From: Octopus sinensis
Taxonomy: Eukaryota
Reading direction: 5' to 3'
Assembly (NCBI RefSeq): GCF_006345805.1
Contig: NW_021832828.1
Span: 62,001-126,000, forward strand
DNA length: 64,000 nt
The notes under the pieces: model-generated
Seen by the model: the letters and a program-made list of their open reading frames with translations, nothing else
Databases searched by the model: none
Told to the model about the DNA's origin: nothing
Part shown: one piece after another, positions 50,331-63,325 of the stretch
How positions within the stretch are numbered: position 1 is the first letter of the stretch
Layout: every line of letters starts with the position of its first letter
Position numbers and translations under genes: made by a program

Positions 50331-53172
50331 ACTGGACACTTCTGACAACTGGACGCTTCTAAGGGACAACCTGCTGAAAGCTACTGACCAGATCTGTGGC
50401 TGGTGCAAAGTCCCCTCAAGACCCAAAATAACATGGTGGTGGAACAATATTGTTGACAGGGCTATTAGACAAAAGAAACAGGCTTGGAAGGACTGGAAGA
50501 ACGGTGGTAGCAGGGAAGTGTATCAGACTGCCAGAAGGGAAGCTAGGAGGCAGGTGTATTTAGCCAGAGGGGAAGCAGATAAGAAAAAACTTGCCAATGT
50601 TCTGCGCTGTGAGGATGAAAGACTTGAGGTATTTCGTGTTGCAAGACAGTGTGTGAGAGAGAATCATGACGTGGTAGGAGAGAAATGTGTTCGCAAGGAT
50701 GTCGGTTCACTTGCGCTAAATGAGGATGCAAAGAGAGAGGTTTGGAGACGCCACTATGAAAGGTTGCTGAATGAGGAAAATGAATGGGATAAAGAGAGTC
50801 TGCCGAATGTCGACCCAACAGAGGGACCAGCAATCCGAGTTAACAGTTCCTTAGTAGTTAAGGCAATTACAAGCATGAAAACAGGGAAAGCCCCAGGCCC
50901 ATCAGGAATTACTGCAGAGATGCTCAAAATATCTGGTAGTGTCGGCTATAGCCTAGTCACCCGTATAGTTAACCAGGTGATACACGAAGGAGTCATACCC
51001 AATGACTGGTGTAGCAGCATAATAGTCAACTGCTACAAAGGTAAAGGTGACGCCCTAGATACAAATAATTACAGGGGTATCAAGCTGCTGGATCAGGTAA
51101 TGAAGGTTACGGAGAGGGTTATAGCCCAACTAATTAGAGAGAGAGTTAGCTTAGACGAGATGCAGTTTGGGTTCGTGCCAGGGAAAAGTACTACTGATGC
51201 TATATTCCTGGTAAGACAGCTGCAGGAGAAATACCTAGCCAAAGATAAGCCCCTGTACCTGGCTTTTGTTGACATGGAGAAAGCCTTCGACAGGGTCCCC
51301 CAATCCCTTATCTGGTGGTCAATGAGGAAACTAGGGATAGATGAATGGTTAGTGAGAGCTGTGTGAGCCATGTACAGAGACGCTGCTAGTAAGGTGAGGG
51401 TTGGCAACGAGTACAGTGAAGAATTCCGGGTAGAGGTTGGCGTCCACCAAGGTTCAGTCCTCAGTCCCCTCCTATTTATCATAGTCCTCCAGGCAATAAC
51501 GGAGGAATTCAAGACAAGATGCCCCTGGGAGCTCCTCTATGCTGATGACCTTGCTCTAATTGCTGAGTCACTATCAGAACTGGAGAAGTTTCAGGTGTGG
51601 AATCAAGGTTTAGAATCGAAGGGCCTTAGAATCAACCTAGCCAAAACCAAAGTCCTAATAAGTAGGAAGGTAGACCAATCACAAACGCCTTCAGGTAGAT
51701 GGCCCTGCTCGATCTGTAAATAAGGCGTAGGTAGAAACTCTATAAGGTGCACCAAGTGTAAGCTATGGACACATAAGAGGTGTAGCAATGTCAAAGGAAG
51801 GCTAACTAGGAAAATAGTTTTTGTCTGTGGCAGATACTCAGGAGCAATAAACACTGAAAATGTGCAGAGACCAACTTCTACCACGTTCCAGGGAGAAAAA
51901 CTAGAAGTAGTTGATAGCTTCCGCTACCTAGGTGACCAAGTCAGTAGTGGGGGTGGGTGTGCTGAAAGTGTAACTGCTAGAGTAAGGATAGCCTGGGCAA
52001 AGTTTAGAGAGCTCTTACCCCTGCTGGTGACAAAAGGCCTCTCGCTCAGAGTAAAAGGCAGACTGTATGATGCATGTGTACGTACAGCCATGCTACATGG
52101 TAGTGAAACATGGGCTGTGACTGCTGAGGATATGCGTAAGCTCGCAAGAAATGAAGCCAGTATGCTCCGATGGATGTGTAATGTCAGTGTTCATAATCGA
52201 CAGAGTGTAAATACCTTGAGAGAAAAGTTGGACCTAAGAAGCATCAGTTTTGGTGTGCAAGAGAGACGTTTGCGCTGGTATGGTCATGTGACGAGAATAG
52301 CTGAAGATAGTTGTGTGCAAAAGTGCCACACCCTAGCAGTTGACGGAACCTGTGGACGAGGTGGTGAAGCACGACCTTCGAACTCTAGATCTCACCAGAG
52401 AAATGACTAGAGACCGAGACCTATGGAAGTATGCTGTGCACGAGAAGACCCGGCAAGACTAGTGAGACCATAACCCGTGGCCTCTACCTGGTATGTAGCC
52501 AGTTGACTTATACATACCTTTCCTTCTTGGGACACAAAACTCCACTTGTGAAGACCCGTTGAGGCAAGTGAAAATCAAAATCGAAATCAAACAAATCAAA
52601 TCAGATATCAGAAAGCAGAACCAAAATCGAAGTCGATCAACATCAATGGAAATTGCAGCTGTGATACCAGTGCCGGTGACAAGTAAGCGAACCATCCGAT
52701 TGTGGCCGTTGCCAGCTCCGCCCCGACTGGCCTCCGTGCCAGTGGCATGTAAAAAGCACCATCCGTTTGTAGCCGTTGCCAGCCTCGCCTGGCCCCCGTG
52801 CCGGTGGCACGTAAAAAGCACCATTCGTTCGTGGCCGTTGCCAGCCCCGCCTGGCCCCCGTGCCGGTGGCACGTAAAAAGCACCATCCAATCATGGCTGT
52901 TGCCAGCCTCGCCTGGCCCCCGTGCCGGTGGCACGTAAAAAGCACCATCCGTCCGTGGCCGTTTGCCAGCTCCGTCTGGCACCTGTGCGGGCAGCACGTA
53001 AAAAGCACCCACTACACTCACGGAGTGGTTGGCGTTAGGAAGGGCATCCAGCCATAGAAACACTGCCAGATCAGACTGGGCCTGATGCAGCCTTCTGGCT
53101 TCACAGACCCCAGTTGAACCGTCCAACCCATGCTAGCATGGAAAGCGGACGCTAAATGATGATGATGATGAT
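50331..53172 (+). mobile_element. 5'-truncated RTE-clade LINE with disrupted RT, a 3' UTR minisatellite and a (GAT)n tail
   Basis: Motifs NYRGIKLL, QFGF, KAFD, QGSVLSP, YADD, FRYLG, HGSETW and RLRWYGHV. In-frame stops at 51364 and 51721 and a frameshift near 51860. Confidence 0.9.
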
Positions 53173-53558
53173 ATAGTAATATGTAAAGGTAAGATTCAAG
53201 GATCAATGTGTAGGAAATTAGTAAGCTTCAAGCAGTTTGTACAAAGTATAAAAAAATAACTTTCAGGAACAATAATGGTTTATTGACGTAGAAGGTTGTA
53301 AATTTTTTCCCATATTGGAGTTTGATAAGCTGAAAAAAATTAATTTTATAGTTTACGGTTAGCAACTGGGGTTGCTGTGTATGCAAATAAAAATCCAAAA
53401 TTTGGGAATGGAGTAGATAAAATCCAGGCTACATATGTTTCATAGCTAGCAGAACCTTGAAAGTAGTTATTACCCAAACAATGGGTAATCCACTAGCTGC
53501 TCATCGAGCCAAAGATATATATCATGGGTAGAAGTTATGAAGTGACTCAAGGGTTGAG

Positions 53559-53603
<45 letters not shown>

Positions 53604-53670
53604 CGAGGGGTGTATGAAAATTCTAGAGCCTCAAAAAAAAAAGAAAACAAGGCACAAGACTTCAAGGCTC

Positions 53671-54392
53671 GGATCTTTTCCTTTTGAACGGCAGTTTTCA
53701 ACACAATTTCTAGTAAACTAAACACTTTTAAACTTCGTATACTGGTAGAATGTGTCAAAATAAAACATTTTTTCTCTTGGCTTTCTTGAGAAAATTGTAA
53801 TTTGTAAGTTTAATGTAGTTTAATTTTTCGAATTTTAACCAATCCTATGCCCTCTATTTAGCTAAAATCATTTGCTGTGTCTAAAACAGACAACATCCTG
53901 TCCCTAACCTAAATTTTAGCTTTTCGTTTTCTTTTCTTAATTGTTAAATTAATTTAATTGTTACACGTGTGTCTAAAATTATTCGTTTTGTTTTTGTTTT
54001 GAGTTTTTGCTTTCGTTTTTTTTTTCCATTGTTAAATTAAAATTATTTTCCATTGCTTTCGTTTTAGTCTTTCGTTTTTTTTCTTAATTGTTATCCTTAA
54101 ATTAATTTAACAATTAAGAAAAAAAACATGAAAGGCTAAAATTTAGGGTTAGGGTTAGTGACAGGATGTTGTCTGTTTTAGACACAGCAAATGATTTTAG
54201 CTAAATAGAGGGCATAGGATTGGTTAAAATTCGTAAAATTAAACTATGTTAAACTTACAAATTACAATTTTCTCAAGAAAGCCAAGAGAAAAAAATGTTT
54301 TATTTTGACACATTCTACCAGTATACGAAGTTTAAAAGTGTTTAGTTTACTAGAAATTGTGTTGAAAACTGCCGTTCAAAAGGAAAAGATCC
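53671..54392. mobile_element. 722-bp foldback MITE related to 5053-5462, with an 8-bp TSD
   Basis: Near-perfect inverted arms of about 245 bp. TSD caaggctc at 53663-53670 and 54393-54400. Confidence 0.92.
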
Positions 54393-55646
54393 CAAGGCTC
54401 AAAACATTTCATACATCCCGGTGCAGCCTCCTGGCTTCCCAGACCCTGGTCAAACTGTCGAACCCATGCTAGTATGGAAAACAGACATTAAGTGATGATG
54501 ATATATATATTACTATAAATGGAGAATTTTAATTTGCTTGGCTAGAGTTATTGTCTGTCCAGAAAACTACTGCTGCATTTTAGCCCCAGGCCAGCTCTCA
54601 TTTAGACCTGTGGTTCGATCAAAAGTACTCAATACATGACCATGCTGTCTTTTTTCTACCAGCAACAGTGTACTCTAGATAACATTATGCGATACTTGCT
54701 TCTTTTTAAGTGTGATATGAGGGAAATAGATTGTTATTTCTGCCAGGCCTTGTAACAATATAACGGTTCCATTGTTATTGCTATTGTATGACATAAAGTG
54801 GATTGGTAGCAGTGATGAAAATGGGTATTAAGGAACTAAGGGTACACTAAGATCCCAGGGGCTGAGGTTATATGTGACTAGTTTACTATAAGTTACTCTA
54901 CATCATGAACTGAAAAAGTTGGCGAATGCCATAGTCTTGTATTTCTTCCCACTGTTTCCATTCTTGATTGGTGGGTACTACAGTCACTCTGGTTATTGCT
55001 TATCTTAATATTCTAGTACATCAACGTATTATATCTAATATATTGAATCCATTGTCAGCTGTTTTTCTAAATACTGGTGAAAAGTTATGGTCAAGCTGAA
55101 AAACAATTGCAGACTATTTTCTTACAAAACAAAAACAAAAAGAAACATTGTATTATGAAGTCTTAGATATACAAAATGGTGGAATGGTTATGGATAAAAT
55201 ACCTGTGATTATATAAGCCTGCTTGGTCAGGGCTGACTTGGGGTTAAACAGCAATCACAATTTATTGTTCCTTCAGCTCCCTTTTGCCAGAATCTTACCA
55301 TTTTAGTTTATTAATTAAATTTGTTTCTTTCAGTATTTTTTTTAAAAATAATTTTGTAATTTGAAAGAAATATGGCAATTTTTTTTCTTTTCTACATTTA
55401 CACTTTTTCTTCCTTTGCTTCTTTTTTTCTTTCCTGTGAAGGACTACCATCTGAAATGTTAAGACACTTTTGTTTCAACTTCCTTAAACTAATACCATTT
55501 TTTGTGAAATTTTGAGCTTCCTTTGTTGTTCTTTTTAATGTTTACTCCCTGTGTGTGTGTGTGTGTGTGTGTATATATAGGTACAGATGTGACCATGTGG
55601 TTTAGAAGATTGGTTTGGAACCACATGGTTTAGCATTTGTTCCCAT

Positions 55647-55960
55647 GTGGAAGCACATAGCCTAGTGGTTAGAGCAGCGGACTCACGGTCGAGGGATCGC
55701 GGTTTCGAATCTCAGACCGGGCGATGTGTGTGTTTATGAGCGAAACACCTAAGCTCCACGCAGCTCCGGCAGAAGGTAATGGCGAAACTTCCGCTGATTC
55801 TTTCGCCACAACTTTCTCTCACTCTTTCCTTCTGCATCTTGCAGCACACTTGCGATGGACCGGTGTCTCGTCCAGGTGGGGAACCTATATGCCAAGAAAC
55901 TGGGAAACCAGCCCTTATGAGCCAGGCATGGCTTGAGAAGGAACAAACAAAAAACAAACA
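55647..55960 (+). mobile_element. Young tRNA-derived SINE of a distinct family
   Basis: A-box tagcctagtgg, B-box-like gtttcgaatc, (AAAC)n tail, and a 12-bp TSD atttgttcccat at 55635-55646 and 55961-55972. Confidence 0.85.
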
Positions 55961-56204
55961 ATTTGTTCCCATTACTTTGCATTGTCAGTTGGGTACCTTC
56001 TATGTCCACAGGCAGTCCAATGCCTTGTGTTTGAATTGGCAGACAGAAACTGTTAGAAGTCTCTCATATGTGTTTGTGTCTTCACTATGTCTTGACATTG
56101 CATGGTGATTGAAACAAACTCACTGTTAATGCAATGTTACTGTTTACAGTTTGCCATGAGGACATGCCCAACCATTTAGCTGTTCATTGATTGATAGTTT
56201 AAAG

Positions 56205-56486
56205 CAGTGGTTCTCAACTGGAGTCCACATAAGATTATGTGGGGGTACTCATATACAAAATTACATAGTAAATTGGGGCCACAATTATTATTTTAAGAGT
56301 TCATAAAAAAATTTTGCTATAGATGTATTTATTGACAAGTGAATATGTGATGAGTAAAATAGTAATTTGAAAAGAAGTACCTATAAAATCAGTTTTTAAA
56401 CTTTGAATAGCTAGGGAGAAGGTCTACCAGAATAAAATAGTAATGAAAAGGGTCCTTAAATAAAAGAAAATGGTTGAGAACCACTG
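56205..56486. mobile_element. hAT-type MITE
   Basis: TIRs cagtggttctcaac / gttgagaaccactg; 8-bp TSD gtttaaag / gtttagag. Confidence 0.85.
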
Positions 56487-57252
56487 GTTTAGAGAAAATG
56501 GCATGTAACCTTGTGGTTTGGTATTTGACTCATGATCTTAAGGTTGTGATTTCAATTCCTGGTGGTGCATTGTGTTCTTGAGCAAGACACTTTAATTCAT
56601 GTTACTGCAGTTCACTCAGCCGGTGAAAATGAATAGTACCTGTTATTTCAAAGGGCCAGCCTTGTCACATTCTGTGTCACAGTGAATCTCTCTCAGAACT
56701 AAATTATGGGTATGCATTTCTGTTGAGTGCTCAGCCACTTGTATGTTAATTTCATGAGCAAGCTGTTCTGTTGATTGGATCAACTGGAACCTTCATTGAT
56801 GTAACTGATGGAATACCAGTCAAGACGAAATATTACCTTGTTTGGAAATAGGTTAAGGTTGGTGGTAGGAGAGCTTCTGAATGTATAATATCTGCTCTAA
56901 CAAGCATGGAAATGTTAAAACATGGATGTTAAAATAACAAATGATACTCCAGCTTGATTTCCCCTTAAAGCCAATGAAGGAGTCTCTATGCAGGTGCTTG
57001 ATCTGCAGGGTATAGTAGCAGCATCTCCTTAAAGACACACTTTAGTATCTTTAAAAATTAAATGCAAGAAGGTGGTGAAGTAATCATTATGCCTGAATAA
57101 AAAAAAATCAAATACTAAGGGTCATAACTGAAAGTCATATGATCATAGGACTGCCCATTCAAGACTGATCTGGGGCTAAACAACCATTACAGTTAAAACC
57201 TAGTCTGTTGCACTTTTTCAGTTGATATTCTCTTTTCTCCATTCTTCCACAG

Positions 57253-57331
57253 ATACAATGCTCAACATAAATATGAAGATGCCCTGGAACTACTTTATAA
57301 AGGGTCAGTTACACTGCTCCAACACCGTCAG
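57253..57331 (+). CDS. GET4: GET4 second coding exon (79 nt)
   Basis: Acceptor is ttttctccattcttccacAG. The first A completes the AG-A Arg codon, then YNAQHKYEDALELLYKGSVTLLQHRQ follows, resembling the GET4 segment after RTLYFR. Ends CAG|GT. Confidence 0.88.
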
Positions 57332-57749
57332 GTTTGTGCTACTCTTTTATATGATTTTAACCCTTAACCCTTTAATCTACCTGTTTTATGTTCAGGCTGA
57401 CCAGATCCAACCTCTCACACCTACCCTACAGTGTTATTCTAAAAATATACAGACACACCTTTGAAATCTTGAAGCTACAAGGTAATGTGTGATTAATTCA
57501 AAATAAGGTGAATAAATGAGCAATACATTTGACAGAAATCTGAATGCTAAAGAGTTAATCTTTCCATTACTATCTCCTCCCATTTATTTGATTAAATTAC
57601 AAAGTCATTTTTGAATTTAGTATGAACTTCCCCTTCCCAGTCCTCTGTATTCTCTCATGTACTCACTTTTGTATCTTGAGAATATTCTCTGACAGCTTGT
57701 TACCACCATCTTTGTCTTCTTTCCAGCTACTTTTACACATCCTTATATA

Positions 57750-57983
57750 TATCTCTTTACTACCCACAAGAGGCTAAACACAGAGGGGACAAACAAGGAC
57801 AGAAAAAGGGATTGTCGATTACATCGACCCCCAGTGCGTAACTGGTACTTAATTTATCGACCACGAAAGGATGAAAGGCAAAGTCAACCTCGGCGTAATT
57901 TGAACTCACAACGTAACGGCAGACGAAATACGGCTACGCATTTCGCCCAGCATGCTAACGTTTCTGCCAGCTCACCACCTTCG
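57750..57983 (-). mobile_element. tRNA-derived SINE of a third family (gcctttcatcctttcggggtcgataaattaagtaccag core)
   Basis: 11-bp TSD atccttatata at 57739-57749 and 57984-57994. Older copies at about 100-220, 17610-17810, 45280-45490 and 62690-62905. Confidence 0.75.
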
Positions 57984-58329
57984 ATCCTTATATAATGTTC
58001 CTATAACTGGCACTCTGTCAGTTATGACAACAAGAGTTCCAGTTAATCTGATCAGTGGAACAGCCTGCTCATGAAATCAATGTGCAAGTGGCTGCATGTT
58101 CCTCAGACACGTGTAGCCTTAACATAATTCTCAGGGAGATTCAGCGTGACACCAGTGTGACAAGGCTGGCTCTTTAAGATACAGGTTCTGCTCATTTTTG
58201 CCTGCTGAGTGGACCGGAGCAATGTGAAATAAAATGTCTCACTCAAGGACACAATACATTGCTGGTAATCAAACTGACAACCTTACAATTGTGAGCCAAA
58301 TGCCCTAACCTAAAAAGTGGTTGGCTTTA

Positions 58330-59033
58330 TGAAGAGTATCCTTACTGGTAAGTAAGGTAAAATTCAGTGAAAAACAAAATAATTAAAATTTTGTTTAAAT
58401 ATCACTGTCTAAAAATTTAGTTGTAGGCAGAATGGTTGGTGTCTTTCTCAACCATGCCCCACACATAGTAATCCATGGGATTACAATTGGGGTTGGGGGA
58501 TTAGGGAGGTCCGAAATTGGATCTGTTGAAGTTGTAGAAATTCTCTAACAACCACTTCTGGCTCTTTCTGGTGATATGGCCAGGAGCCAAATCCTGCTGT
58601 TACACATGGCCTTCCAGCAGCAGCCCCTCCCAGCCAGGATTTGACTAGTCTCTAGTAGCTTAACATCGCTGTCTGAATTGAGCCCATGACCCTATTCAAA
58701 GATGTGGGGATGAATTCTGGTGTGCTGACATGATCAGAATACTGTGTCCCTTCTTGCTAGCCACAGCTTTGTAGTCTATGTTGCAGCTGTGCATGTCACA
58801 TCTTCCAATCTTTACAGTAGTGTTCACAGAGCATTGAATAGCAGTCTTGATGTTGGCAATTTGATACCCAACATAAATCATCATGAAACCTAACTCTTTT
58901 CTACATCAGCTAACATTTTCTCACAACTTTAATCTTTATGCTCTCCATTACTGTTGACTGTTCACTAGTATATCATGCTGTTCCTTGAAAAGGGAGACAT
59001 AAAAAATTGTCAAATTTAACCCAAACACCCTGT
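58330..59033 (-). mobile_element. Second remnant of the same mariner-like family
   Basis: Reverse complement of aaccccaattgtaatcccatggattactatgtgt at about 58461-58494, and a terminal cagggtgtttgggttaaatttgaca. Confidence 0.6.
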
Positions 59034-61018
59034 GTATTTATGACCAAAAAAGTTACACAAATCTTATGTAGATATATCAAAGTCCATAGTTTGTTTTTGT
59101 TTTGTTTACATTGTATAGCAATTTGTTTTTATGGAACTCTTGAATAAACAAAAGTAAATGGACAATTTGATCTTGTTCTACATTCTTTGGTGAAGCATGC
59201 TGGGAAGTAGCTTTCATTTACATTATTTTATACGTGATCATTAGTCCATGTTTTGGAAAAGCATCTTGTTTGGAAATATTTGTGTTAACAGTTTAGCTGA
59301 ATATATAAATTTACAGAACAGTATGAAAAATAGGCGTGAAAGCAAAAGTGGTATCTATGCTGTTACTCAGTATGCTAGAAGTAGTAGCTAAACTCCCTAA
59401 ACTTACACTTGCACATTGGTTAATATCGTCCTAGATACACTATGCTGAAGGTAAGATTGGATAGTCAGTCTTGACTGGAATGTCTTGTAGTCTACTGGAT
59501 CAGGACTGGTCTAGGGTTAAACAACAGTGGTGAGAAAAATCAATATTTTTATATCACTATCTTTATATATCTCAACTCAATAACTGAAAGTAAAAATTAA
59601 AGAATGTAGAGGAAAACCTCTATATTGTCACTTCCCTGCTAGAAATAGCAGCCTAATTTCCTACATATTATATACTACCCACAAAGATGGTTTTAGATAC
59701 ATGGTCTGAAAAAATAACATAGAATGATCATAGCTGTAATATCCTTTCTGATTGTAAGTCTCCTGGATCTGGAATGACCCTAGATTAAACAATCACCACC
59801 AGGTAAATTCGGAAGAAAATAATCAACCCACACATGAAATTGTTGAGATTCTTCTATCACATGGCCATCTTTGTAGAATCATGGTGATATACAAGAGTTG
59901 AAAGATGAGAGGTATTTTTGGAGCTGAATCTCTTACTTCAAGTATTCGTTGTTGTGGAAATGTTAAGTAAACAGACCAACAAGTGCCTTCACATTTGCAG
60001 GTTATTTCATTTCTCACCACTGTATAATAGAGCCTATTGTTTCAGCCAAGCCAAGGTATGTAATCTCAGTAAGCTCATTCTCTGTGCAGCTGAGGTGAAA
60101 ATGTGAACAGCTATGTTTCACACACAACTTTAAAACAAACTGTTACCTGAAACTTCTAAATTTGAATCTTGTTCTGTATCTGAACCTGGGAGTGATTGTT
60201 GTGCTGTGGTAGCTCTCAACATACGCTGTTGCATAAATCTTGCTAAGCATCTATCGACGTCCATGGCATATAGACGGCGTGAACTACTTGATTCACATAT
60301 ATTTCAATGGGTCTTTCATATTCTTCTGCACTTTGTAAACACAGCATAGCATGATATTGTTTAACCCTTTAGCATTCATTCTACTCTGTCAAATATAATG
60401 CTTATGTATTTACATTATTTTGAATTACGCATGCATTGTCTTGTTGCTTTGAGATTTCAATGATATGATTCGTTACTTTTAGAATGACATTGTAGAGTAT
60501 GTGTAAGAGGCAAAATCTGGCTAGTTTTAACGTAAAATAGGAAAAATATTTGGGCTGGATATGGCTGGTTTAAATGCCAAAATGCAAAACCTATGACATT
60601 TAATTATTTAATTTATAAAATAATAATAAAATAATATACCTTGTGAGTGATTTGTTAGATAGAAACTGAAAAAGTGTATGTGTGTGTGTGGTAAAACATC
60701 TGCTTCTCAATCACATGGTTCTGGGTTAAGTCCCACTGTGTGGCATCTTCGGCAAGAGTCTTCTGTTGTAGCCTTGGGCCAACCAAAGACTTGTGATTGG
60801 ATTTGGTTAACAGAAACTGAAAGAAGCCTGCTGTGTGTTTGCCCCCTACCACTGCTTGATAACCAGTGTTAGTGTGTTTACGTTCCCATAACAGCAGTCC
60901 AGCAAAAGAGACTGATAGAATAAGTACGAGGTTTAAAAAAAAATATTGGGTTTAATTTGTTCAATTAAAATTCTTCAGGGTGGTGTCTCAGCATGGGCAC
61001 AATCTAATAACTGAAACA

Positions 61019-61054
<36 letters not shown>

Positions 61055-61667
61055 GTTTGAAATTGAACCAATCCTATGACTGGCACCCGGCAGTTGCCAG
61101 TGCCGCTGGACTGACTCCTGTGCAGGTGGCAAGTAAAGAAACACCATTTCGACCCTGTGCTTGAGGGAACCTATTGAGTCAAGTACATCAACATCAAAAA
61201 TCAATGGAAATTGTAGTTGTGATCCCTGTGCTGGTGGCACGTAAGAAACACCGCCTTGACTAGCTTCCATGCCGGTGGCACATAAAAAGCACCAATCCGA
61301 TCGTGGCCGTTGCCAGCCTCTCCTGGCACCTGTGCGGGTGGCACGTAAAAGCACCCACTACACTCTCGGAGTGGTTGGCGTTAGGAAGGGCATCTAGCTG
61401 TAGAAACACTGCCAGATCAGACTGGAGCCTGGTGCAGCCTCCTGGCTTCCCAGACCCCGGTCAAACCTTCCAGCCCATGCTAGCATGGAAAACGGACATT
61501 AAACGATGATGATGATGATGATAGGTATAATATTGTTTGGGAATTAAGAAGGTCACTACTTCCCAACAATGTGGTTTGGGGTTCAGTCCTACTGCATGGT
61601 ACCTTGGGCAAGTGCATCTATTAAAGACTTATGAGTGGAATTGGAAAATGAAAACTGAAAGTTCATC

Positions 61668-61708
<41 letters not shown>

Positions 61709-62012
61709 AGATACACATGCGTGCATGATTACATGTATGTTTGTGTCTGCTTCTCTTGACATGATGTGATAGTTGTAAATGAATGTTATTGTTACAGAAG
61801 TGCTATCAGTTGATTGGTTGTTTCCAGTCTTCCGAGAAGGCATGTCCTGGAATGGAATGAAAACAGGTGAGTTTTAGTGACAAGAAGGGCATCTGGTTGT
61901 AGAACATGTATGTATCTCAATAAATTTTGTCTTGCCAGTGCAAGCTTGGAAAGGAGGACATTAAAAGAAAACAATTGTATGTGTGTACATAGATATACAC
62001 ATGCATAAAAAT

Positions 62013-62480
62013 ACAGGGGTTGGACAAAATAATTGGAACATGTGTTAAATTTAATGAATATTTATTTAATACAGAGTTGGTCCTCTTTTAGCTTTCTGAA
62101 CAGCTTCATTGGATCTAGGAATTGATTCATACAACTTCCTGACTTCATTGAGAGGCATCTTGAGCCATTCTTCCTGCAAAACCTGCTCCAGTTATTGTAG
62201 ACACAATAGTGGAGGGTAACGACTTCTAACTTGTCACCCCAAGATGCACCACAGATGCTCAATAATATTAAGATCTGGAGATTGAGTGGAGGGAGGGGGG
62301 CACTCCATGTGTTGTAGCTCACTACTATGCTCTTCATACCGATTCTTAACCACATAAGAAGTGTGTATTGGAGCATTGTCATCTTGGAAGCTGCACTCAC
62401 CATCAGGGAATATGGGAAGGACTTGATTTCCCAAAATATTCAGATAATCATTTCTGTTGATCCTACCATGCGGGGGCACG
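62013..62480 (-). mobile_element. Tc1-like (DD34E) transposon remnant
   Basis: FQDDNAPIH and QSPDLNIIEHLW motifs; TA|CAGGGGTTGGACAAAATAAT terminus. Confidence 0.8.
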
Positions 62481-62934
62481 ATTGGACCAAGAGAATTTCA
62501 AGAAATGTTTAACAAAAATATACCGTAGTATTTTGACAGCACACTGAAAATAACAAATTCAATGGGTACTATTCAAAGGAAATTAGTAGTAAGACTTGCA
62601 TCACATTGAAAATGTGGAGGAAGTATAGGAACCTAAGAACATGTGATGTTAGTGATGTTTGTAATAAATAAGGTAACATGAAAGAAATATTAGCTTCAAA
62701 TTTTGACACAAGGCCAGCAATTTCAGGGGAGGAGCACAGTCGATTACATTGACCCCAGTGCTCAACTTGTACCTATTTTATCGAGCCCGAAAGGTTGAAA
62801 AGCATAGTCGACCCTGGCAGAATTTGAACTCAGAATGTAAGGATGGATGAAATGCTGCTAAGCATTATGCCTGGTGTGCTAATGGCTCTGCCAGCTTGCC
62901 ATCTTGAATAAAAGAAATATTGGAATTATATACT

Positions 62935-63325
62935 CAGGAGTGGCTGTGTGGTAGGTAGCTTGCTTACCAACCACATGGTTCTGGGTTCAGTCCCACTGCG
63001 TGGCACTTTGGGCAAGTGTCTTCTACTATAGCCTCAGGCCAACCAAAGCCTTGTGAGTGGATTTGGTAGACGGAAACTGAAGGAAGCCCGTCGTATATAT
63101 GTATATGTATATACGTGTTTGTGTGTCTGTGTTTGTCCCCCAACATTGCTTGACAACCGTGCTGGTGTGTTTATGTCCCCGTAACTTAGCGGTTTGGTAA
63201 AAGATACCGATAGAATAAGTACTAGGCTTACAAAGAATAATTTCCGGGGTCGATTTGCTCGACTAAAGGCAGTGCTCCAGCATGGCCGCAGTCAAATGAC
63301 TGAAACAAGTAAAAGAGTAAAGAGA
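62935..63325 (+). mobile_element. SINE of the same family
   Basis: Same head, body and tail. Confidence 0.8.

Larger units (their letters stand above)
24153..57252 (+). other. GET4: GET4 intron between coding exons 1 and 2 (33.1 kb, filled with TEs)
   Basis: GT...AG ends with compatible phase. No intervening GET4-like exon was seen. Confidence 0.8.

Noticed and set aside
55649-55725. tRNA gene
   Set aside because: It continues into a SINE body with a tail and TSD, and the cloverleaf is imperfect.
59990-60060. Candidate GET4 exon 3
   Set aside because: The phase-0 frame stops after 8 codons and does not resemble GET4.
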